Below, piece by piece: positions 44,313 to 50,434 of a stretch of DNA of 50,434 bases. The stretch is from NCBI GenBank assembly GCA_964572275.1, contig CAZNED010000003.1, positions 1 to 50,434 on the forward strand, written 5' to 3'. Each line of letters opens with the position of its first letter. Position 1 is the first letter of the stretch. The notes below the pieces were generated by a model. The model saw only the letters and a program-made list of their open reading frames with translations, did not search any database and was not told where the DNA came from. This DNA comes from an uncultured Candidatus Saccharibacteria bacterium (GTDB lineage: Bacteria; Patescibacteriota; Minisyncoccia; Minisyncoccales; UBA1441). The position numbers and the translations under genes are program-made.

Positions 44313-44762
44313 TTATCCTATGGGTTCACGATATGGATCTGGAGTTTTTTGGGCAGAATAAGTGTCAGGATCAGGAGATGATATTTGGCCAGAGTCTTTA
44401 AGAGAGGCATCTTTATCTGGTTTAATACCATAATGTTTGTTTAAATCATTATGAAGGCGATTCAAAATAAAAGCATCTAATTCTCCTCTTACGAAATTGA
44501 GCTTGTCGCCGTCAAGATTCAAGCGGCGATTCAATTCATTATTTATATTATCAAAAGGTAAAAATCCCAATAAAATGTCATAAACAATGCCTGATAATTC
44601 CTGCGCTTCTTCTTCATTGAATTTATAGCGATTGGTAATATTTTCAAGAACATCAATCATCTCCACAGAAAGATAGGCGTCTTGTATGGCCGGTGGTAAT
44701 TTACTAATCAATTTCAGTAATTCGATCTGAGGCAATTGACTTCGGCGACTGAGTTTTTCCAT
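44313..44762 (-). CDS. hypothetical soluble protein in the T4SS-like operon
   Basis: 149 aa ORF, co-directional, with 2-5 nt gaps to its neighbours. I recognise no motif. Confidence 0.4.
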   Translation of the reverse strand: MEKLSRRSQLPQIELLKLISKLPPAIQDAYLSVEMIDVLENITNRYKFNEEEAQELSGIVYDILLGFLPFDNINNELNRRLNLDGDKLNFVRGELDAFILNRLHNDLNKHYGIKPDKDASLKDSGQISSPDPDTYSAQKTPDPYREPIG

Positions 44763-44767
44763 ATTAT

Positions 44768-46780
44768 TTAGACATATCCCTGATTACGCCAAGCATTAAG
44801 AGTTGCTTTTACGCTTGGGTCATTAAGGCGCCCTAATGTGTCAGCCCTAGTTCGGAATTTCATAGCGAAAACTTTTTGTTCTGTCGGCGACATGGATTTA
44901 ATAATATCTCGATTAACCTCGCGTTTGCCTCCCAGCATGGCATCAACTATATAATTTATCCTATCGACATAAGCAGTTCTTTCGGCTGCTGTAGTAGGCT
45001 TATCTTTAAGAGCGCTTTTGAAGACATCGGCTACAAGAGTGGCTCCTTTCTGGTCAACCTTTGCTAAAGATTCTTGGGAATAGGATTCACCTGCTTTCTT
45101 TATTCCTAAGGCGATTGCTTGTGCATCAATAGCGGCTCCGTGTTTTCCGGATTGAGATATAGCGAATTTTTTAGCATCACTCTCATTCCCTTGCTGTAGT
45201 AGTGCAGTAAATGTACGTACGGCAGCGTCCTCAGGAAGATTTAGGGATCCTAATGTTTTTAGAGCGGTATCTTCGTGACTTGATAATAACTCATGCATAG
45301 CAGCAGCAGTTTTTTCGGGATTGACGCGAGGATCGTAGACCATGGCTGTAAGTTTTTCTGGATCTGTTTCTTGTAGTTTTTTCCGAAAGTGAGAATGCTC
45401 GATTTTCCTCTTTTCCATCTTTTCAGTAACGCTCAAATAACGGGAGGCGTGAGCTTTTTCTATACTAGTAGCTCCTGAGCTTTTCATAATTTCTTGAGCA
45501 ACACGATGGCGGGCATAATGGTTCGTCCCGCGATCATCCCATCCATGAGTTGCAATTCCCAGACGACTTGCTGTATCAAACACATGAGACCCTTCGTTTC
45601 TTTGTCGGACAGTATCACGAGTTTGAGCTCCGCGATATTTTGTCTGGTCCCAACCCCACGATTTTGCTTTATCGAATCCACCTTTTGTGAGTCCCATAAT
45701 TTGGTTACTGACAGAAGGGGCTAGTTTCAAACTAATCATATATCCGATATAGACCAATGCTGCTGGCATAACAAAATAGAAAGTTTCGGAAGGCATGGCA
45801 TCTTGCGTGCCAGTGGCTGTTTGCAAGCTGAGTGCTTGTGATAATTTTGCGGAAGTTCCTGCCCAGAATACTTTATCTTTAATTATTTCCATCATTTGAG
45901 CGGCTAGGAAAAGGAAAAAAGCTACGGGAATTCCAAGGAAGGTCCAACTTATGAAATTTGACCACCATTGAGACCAGAATTTTTTACCACCTGGGAAAGC
46001 GAAAGCAAGAAAGGCCAGTGGTGATAAAATTACTAGAATCCAGAGCATGACATAACGTACTAAAAAAGTGAAGGCGAGAATAAAATAAATAACGCCCACA
46101 AAAAACATGCTTGCGGCAAGAGCAAAAAGCTGTACGAAAGACTGCAATATACTAGTGTCAGGATTTGCAATCCACATTACAGATTGTCCAAGCATCCCAG
46201 CAAAATCAAGTTTTCCTCCACGAATCATGAAATAATCCATGGCAACATGCGAAGCATCGATTGCTAATCCAATTAGGGTTGGAGTGAAATTAATTAAAAA
46301 TGCCAAAGCGATAAGCCTAATTAAAGTTTTTTTTGTCTTCGGGCCAGACATATCTAACGCCGTCCTCAAGCCTGTATAAACTAGTCCCAAAATAATGCCA
46401 ATATTGGCTAGATCCCTAACCAGACGCCAATTTTCATAAACAAATGTATTATCAGCCCCCGTGAAAGAGACAGAAAGGAATCCAGGATCGCTTATCCAAG
46501 AGAAAAGTAGTTGGGCTAAAGATAAGAATCCTAAAGTTAGAGCGATAACGAGGGAAAAAATAATACCTACGATTGCCTTGCCAATACTTTCTAAAATATT
46601 AACAAAAATATTTCCACCTCTAGATTTCTGGGTATAATTTTCTATATCTTCAAATGCAAGTCCTAATTCACCCTCTAATTCGTCTTCGGCTCTCAGGGGC
46701 GCAGAAACAGCACTGAGACCTAAGAGTACAATAATTCCCGCAAGGATAAATAAATTTCTCCTTTTGATTTTACATTTCAT
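44768..46780 (-). CDS. VirB6/TrbL-like polytopic membrane protein with a ~300-aa soluble C-terminal region
   Basis: From the ATG at 46780: MKCKIKRRNLFILAGIIVLLGLSAV (signal/TM), then at least 7 TM helices over about 350 aa, then a hydrophilic tail. It sits upstream of PrgI/VirB4 as VirB6-type genes usually do. The track start at 46837 would overlap rsmA. Confidence 0.5.
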   Translation of the reverse strand: MKCKIKRRNLFILAGIIVLLGLSAVSAPLRAEDELEGELGLAFEDIENYTQKSRGGNIFVNILESIGKAIVGIIFSLVIALTLGFLSLAQLLFSWISDPGFLSVSFTGADNTFVYENWRLVRDLANIGIILGLVYTGLRTALDMSGPKTKKTLIRLIALAFLINFTPTLIGLAIDASHVAMDYFMIRGGKLDFAGMLGQSVMWIANPDTSILQSFVQLFALAASMFFVGVIYFILAFTFLVRYVMLWILVILSPLAFLAFAFPGGKKFWSQWWSNFISWTFLGIPVAFFLFLAAQMMEIIKDKVFWAGTSAKLSQALSLQTATGTQDAMPSETFYFVMPAALVYIGYMISLKLAPSVSNQIMGLTKGGFDKAKSWGWDQTKYRGAQTRDTVRQRNEGSHVFDTASRLGIATHGWDDRGTNHYARHRVAQEIMKSSGATSIEKAHASRYLSVTEKMEKRKIEHSHFRKKLQETDPEKLTAMVYDPRVNPEKTAAAMHELLSSHEDTALKTLGSLNLPEDAAVRTFTALLQQGNESDAKKFAISQSGKHGAAIDAQAIALGIKKAGESYSQESLAKVDQKGATLVADVFKSALKDKPTTAAERTAYVDRINYIVDAMLGGKREVNRDIIKSMSPTEQKVFAMKFRTRADTLGRLNDPSVKATLNAWRNQGYV

Positions 46781-47625
46781 TTCTCTTTGATTATAGCATT
46801 TTTCTTTTTTAGAAAACAATATAAAAGCTTGAGCCAATTGTTCTTATCCAATGCTTCAGCTCTTATCTTTTCATTGAAACCGCATTCAGATAAAAAATGG
46901 GAATCTATTCCCAAGGATTTTAGATTATTTAATAAAGTTTTACGCGGGGAAGAAAAGCCTATCTCAATCAAATTCATCAAATCTTGGTCAAAAGAATGCT
47001 TCTCAATGTTAGAAATCTTTAAGATAGCGGCTGAAACTTCAGGCTTGGGCCAAAAATCGGAGGAGGAAACATTTTGGATGATCTGACAATCTCCTCGAAA
47101 TTGACACATCATTGCTAAACGATTGCTTTTTGGCGGTTTGGCACAAATTCTTTCAGCAACTTCTTTCTGGATCATTATAATAATCGTAGATGGAAGATGA
47201 ACGAGGGTGATCATGCTTACAATTAAATGAGATGTTAAATAAAAAGGTAAATTAGCTACTATTTTATATCTGGACAGATCGGGGTTTTCTTTTAAAAAAC
47301 ATCGCACGTCTTGATTAAGAATAGTTACATTATTGATGTGATCAAATCTTTGTTTCAGAATATTGAATAAATCAGGATCTTTCTCAATGGCCAAAACTTG
47401 ACAAGATTTATCAATCAGAGCTTGAGTTAGAATCCCTAAACCGGCTCCAATCTCTAAAACCAAATCTCCTGGATTCAATTCAGCGACATCAATAATATCG
47501 GTTAAAACTTTATTATTAATTAAAAAATTTTGCCCAAGGTGCTTTTTGGGGCGTAATCCTTTCTCTTGCAATATAGACCTAGCATCTCCTGCTAAATTTA
47601 TTATTGGGGATAACTTTCTTGACAT
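46777..47625 (-). CDS. rsmA: 16S rRNA (adenine1518/1519-N6)-dimethyltransferase
   Basis: 282 aa. HLGQNFLINNKVLTDII...VLEIGAGLGILTQAL...ANLPFYLTS. Confidence 0.9.
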   Translation of the reverse strand: MSRKLSPIINLAGDARSILQEKGLRPKKHLGQNFLINNKVLTDIIDVAELNPGDLVLEIGAGLGILTQALIDKSCQVLAIEKDPDLFNILKQRFDHINNVTILNQDVRCFLKENPDLSRYKIVANLPFYLTSHLIVSMITLVHLPSTIIIMIQKEVAERICAKPPKSNRLAMMCQFRGDCQIIQNVSSSDFWPKPEVSAAILKISNIEKHSFDQDLMNLIEIGFSSPRKTLLNNLKSLGIDSHFLSECGFNEKIRAEALDKNNWLKLLYCFLKKKNAIIKEK

Positions 47626-47657
47626 GAAAGGTTAATTTAGCTAAAGTAATTAGCGTT

Positions 47658-48644
47658 ATGCATCTGTCTAAGAGGGCAGGGATTTCTTTTTTAGCCCTCG
47701 CGATAGTTTTATTAGTAATCATTCTCTGGCCTTGCTCGCCGGCCGAATTGGTGTCCGATCGTTATGTGCTGAATTCATCAAGCGAGTTTGTTTCGGCTTT
47801 AAACAAAGCGGAAACTTTTTCTTTTTCACATATCAGTCTAATTCAAGATAATAGCGTGCAGGTTTCTACCTCGCCAAGCGTTTCAGGAAAAACGCTAGGA
47901 ACATTAGTTAGTGATGGATATGATTATCGGAGTCAAACTTTCACTTATTCAGTCCAATCTGGCGATACAATCTCAAGCTTAGCTGAAAAATTCAATATTT
48001 CCATTGATACTATATTATGGAGCAACGATTTAAAAGCAACAGATAAACTCAGAGAAGGAGATCGTTTGATAGTATTACCAGTTTCCGGATTGCTGCATTT
48101 AGTTAATCGCAATGAAACATTAAGCCAGATTGCTAGTAGTTATAATGTTAAAGAATCAGAAATTCTTTCCTTTAATCAATTAAGCGATGCAGACTCTATT
48201 TTTATAGGAGATTTATTGATTATTCCGGGCGGACAAAAACCAATTCAGCCTCACGTGATTGCTCAACAACCAATCGCCTCTTCCTATTTTATCATACCGA
48301 CATCCGGGAAAATCTCTCAAGGATTGCATTATTACAATGCAATTGATATAGCTAATAATTGTGGAACACCGATCTATGCTGCCGCTGCCGGAACCGTCCA
48401 GCGTGCCGGATACATCTCGATAGGGGGAAATAGAGTGCAGGTTATCCATCCTAATGGCGTTGTAACTTATTATGGACATCTTTCTCAGATATCCGTTGTG
48501 TCTGGTCAATCAGTTGTTCAAGGGCAAGAGATTGGTCGTATGGGAACTACTGGCTTATCGACAGGATGCCATCTTCATTTCGATGTTCGAGGAGCAGTCA
48601 ATCCGTTAGCTCGCTACGCTGTTGGTACTTATATTAATTTCTAA
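47658..48644 (+). CDS. secreted peptidoglycan hydrolase: 2x LysM + M23 metallopeptidase
   Basis: 328 aa. LysM repeats YSVQSGDTISSLAEKFNISIDTILWSN and HLVNRNETLSQIASSYNVKESEILSFN. M23 motifs GIDIA-type (AIDIAN), HPNGVVTYYGHL and GCHLHFDV. Confidence 0.85.
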   Translation: MHLSKRAGISFLALAIVLLVIILWPCSPAELVSDRYVLNSSSEFVSALNKAETFSFSHISLIQDNSVQVSTSPSVSGKTLGTLVSDGYDYRSQTFTYSVQSGDTISSLAEKFNISIDTILWSNDLKATDKLREGDRLIVLPVSGLLHLVNRNETLSQIASSYNVKESEILSFNQLSDADSIFIGDLLIIPGGQKPIQPHVIAQQPIASSYFIIPTSGKISQGLHYYNAIDIANNCGTPIYAAAAGTVQRAGYISIGGNRVQVIHPNGVVTYYGHLSQISVVSGQSVVQGQEIGRMGTTGLSTGCHLHFDVRGAVNPLARYAVGTYINF

Positions 48645-48653
48645 AAGAAAAAT

Positions 48654-48684
48654 AAAACGGCCATACAATTAGCCGTCTTTTTTA
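48654..48684 (+). terminator. rho-independent terminator, probably bidirectional
   Basis: ACGGC (48657-48661), 10-nt loop, GCCGT (48672-48676), then CTTTTTT. An A-run on the 5' side serves the convergent gene. Confidence 0.6.
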
Positions 48685-50434
48685 TAACAAATATCCTTTA
48701 AAAATCAGATAAGCCAAAACTCCTAATCCAATAATCAATAGAATTATCAAAATTCGAGCAACAAGTTTCTGACTACGATCTGGGCTTTGAGGCATCGGGC
48801 GAAAAATTATACCTTCCTGAACCTGGGTTTCTAGTGGATTATTAGGAACTTGAAAATTTCCCTCACCGCGTACTCTTTGTAAAAATTTCTCTCTATCTAT
48901 TTCTTCTCGTGCGGATGAACTCATTAATTGATTAATAAAAACATCGCGAGCGGTTTGTGGTTTTTTTACGACTGGTTCCTCTATAGATTGAACTTTCTCT
49001 TCAGACATTGGTAGCGGAGTTTTCGGAAGAGAGCTTTGTCTTATCTTCTCAATCTCAGCTTGTTTTTCTTCCATAGCCTTGCGTTGTTCAATCATTTCTT
49101 CTTCAAGTTTTTCCCTGGCTTCTTTCTTTTTAGTATCAATTTCATCAGTGACAGGAGCTCTTTTTTCAGAGACGGATGATTGAGGCGTTGAAGGAACAGG
49201 TCTAGGTTGAATTGTTTCAGATGCTATAGTTTCTTTTAAAGTTTGATGTTCTTGATCGTGATCATCATCTTTCTTTTGAATGACATCATTTTTTTCAGTT
49301 TTTTCATCTTCAGAAAGAACGCTTTCTAAGGGCTGTGATTCAGAAATAAAAACATCTTCTTCTAATTGGAATGATGTTTTTTCAAATTTCTGGCTTTGAG
49401 CTTCTTGTTTTTTTTGCGCACGTTCATCCAGTTTTTCTCTGCCACGACTTACGCCATAAGCGATCAAAACATCAATCTCTCTTAATTTCTTATAAAGATC
49501 TCTCTCTTCATTTATAATCATCTGATGGGGAACGACAGCATGTTTATATTGATCGCGCAAGGCAATAGCCTTCTGTTCGACCTGCCATCGTTTTTTCTCA
49601 ATTCGTTCTCTTTCTTTTTCAATATTCCATCTTTGTTCAGTCAATTTCTTCTTCTCATCACTACTAATAGTAGCTTTAATCTGTCTCTTCAATTCAGCTT
49701 CTTTTCTCTCAACAATTTTTTCTTCTCTCAAAATTGGCTGTAATTCAGAACGTAAATCAGTTTTCTGCGCCTCTAATTTTTCGATAAGGCGCAACGGTTT
49801 TTCTTTAGCTAAATCCAGTTCAATGAGCTTTTGTTTAATTTGAACTTTTTTCTGGCCGAGTAGGATTTCTTCTTTCTCAAGATTAAGATCTCGAAGGCGC
49901 GACTCCAGTTTGTTTTTCTGTCCCTGCAAACCAGAAGCACTTGATTCAATTCGATTTAAGGCAGTATTAATTTCAGCCAATTCATCTTTTTTAACCCATT
50001 TTTCCTGTTCTACTTCTCTTTGTCGATTAGCTAATTGCCAGCGTTTTTCTTCATATCTTCTTCTTTCTTCGCTAGAACGAGCTTTATTTTCTAATTGCTC
50101 AATATTATTTCGGGTACGCTCTATCTCTTCAAGCCGATTCAATAATTTCTGATATTCCTTCTCCGACTGATTCTTTTGACCCTCAATCTTTTTCTTTTCT
50201 GGTAAAATTAATTTTTCTTGAGCAGGGAACTCTTTTAATTGTAATTGCAATAATTCAATCTCATGTTCTTTCTGGGCTAATAACTCAGAAGTTTTATCGA
50301 GATCGTCAATATCGCTGAAGATATGCCAAGTTTGGGCGGCTGTTTCTGCTTCTGCCAGAATCTTTTCCCAATGAACTCTTTCAGCTTTCTGACGAGCTTC
50401 TTCTTCTAATTTCTTTCTTTCAGCTTCAGCTTTC
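48682..50434 (-). CDS. tail-anchored, highly charged coiled-coil protein, 5' end beyond the window
   Basis: The track ORF begins at an internal TTG (50250). The same frame has no stop up to nt 50434 (...KAEAERKKLEEEARQKAERVHWEKILAEAETAAQTWHIF...). A C-terminal TM is present (LVARILIILLIIGLGVLAYLIF). Confidence 0.6.
   Translation of the reverse strand, partial: KAEAERKKLEEEARQKAERVHWEKILAEAETAAQTWHIFSDIDDLDKTSELLAQKEHEIELLQLQLKEFPAQEKLILPEKKKIEGQKNQSEKEYQKLLNRLEEIERTRNNIEQLENKARSSEERRRYEEKRWQLANRQREVEQEKWVKKDELAEINTALNRIESSASGLQGQKNKLESRLRDLNLEKEEILLGQKKVQIKQKLIELDLAKEKPLRLIEKLEAQKTDLRSELQPILREEKIVERKEAELKRQIKATISSDEKKKLTEQRWNIEKERERIEKKRWQVEQKAIALRDQYKHAVVPHQMIINEERDLYKKLREIDVLIAYGVSRGREKLDERAQKKQEAQSQKFEKTSFQLEEDVFISESQPLESVLSEDEKTEKNDVIQKKDDDHDQEHQTLKETIASETIQPRPVPSTPQSSVSEKRAPVTDEIDTKKKEAREKLEEEMIEQRKAMEEKQAEIEKIRQSSLPKTPLPMSEEKVQSIEEPVVKKPQTARDVFINQLMSSSAREEIDREKFLQRVRGEGNFQVPNNPLETQVQEGIIFRPMPQSPDRSQKLVARILIILLIIGLGVLAYLIFKGYLL

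Noticed and set aside
46781-46837. 19-codon extension of the VirB6-like ORF that overlaps rsmA.
   Set aside because: The ATG at 46780 immediately follows the rsmA stop and begins a typical signal/TM segment. The extension is hydrophilic and overlaps a well-supported gene.
1-50434. Alternative genetic code (UGA = Gly/Trp), CRISPR arrays, IS elements, integrases, prophage genes and rRNA operons.
   Set aside because: Long uninterrupted ORFs end at TGA as well as TAA/TAG (e.g. mutM and the tmRNA tag). I saw no repeat-spacer periodicity, transposase/integrase-like translation or rRNA-like sequence while reading the window.

Overview
This is a low-GC, gene-dense stretch that looks like a reduced Patescibacteria/CPR-type genome. 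Genes are short and often overlap, many carry N-terminal membrane anchors, and TGA is used as a stop, so the code is standard. The window covers the replication-origin neighbourhood (dnaN-dnaA, then divergently rnpA-yidC-jag) and is mostly housekeeping. That includes glyQS, ileS, argS, recO, smpB plus tmRNA, infC-rpmI-rplT, rpsT, holA, mutM, tsaE, ruvC, yebC, murE-like, a class A PBP and rsmA.

Five regions stand out:
1. 36.9-46.8 kb holds a chromosomal VirB4/VirB6/PrgI-type (type IV secretion-like) operon. It has no relaxase, coupling protein or integrase in the window. It ends in two large surface proteins whose N-termini are paralogous VirB2/TrbC-like pilin modules, and one of them has very dense CxxC knots.
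2. The isoleucyl-tRNA synthetase carries a complete histidine-phosphatase (PGAM-like) domain inserted in-frame in its catalytic body.
3. A sharply bounded GC-rich island of about 1.3 kb (10.85-12.14 kb) encodes a dCTP deaminase and a short ThyX-fold protein with a degenerate ThyX signature.
4. A eukaryote/archaeon-type Elp3 and a Trm9-like methyltransferase sit as a divergent pair with abutting start codons, next to tRNA-Arg(CCG).
5. An orphan GspE-type ATPase operon includes a degenerate DHH/NrnA-like protein and a lamin-tail-domain protein.

I saw no CRISPR array, transposase, integrase or rRNA. All calls come from reading the sequence and the translations by eye. No database search was run.
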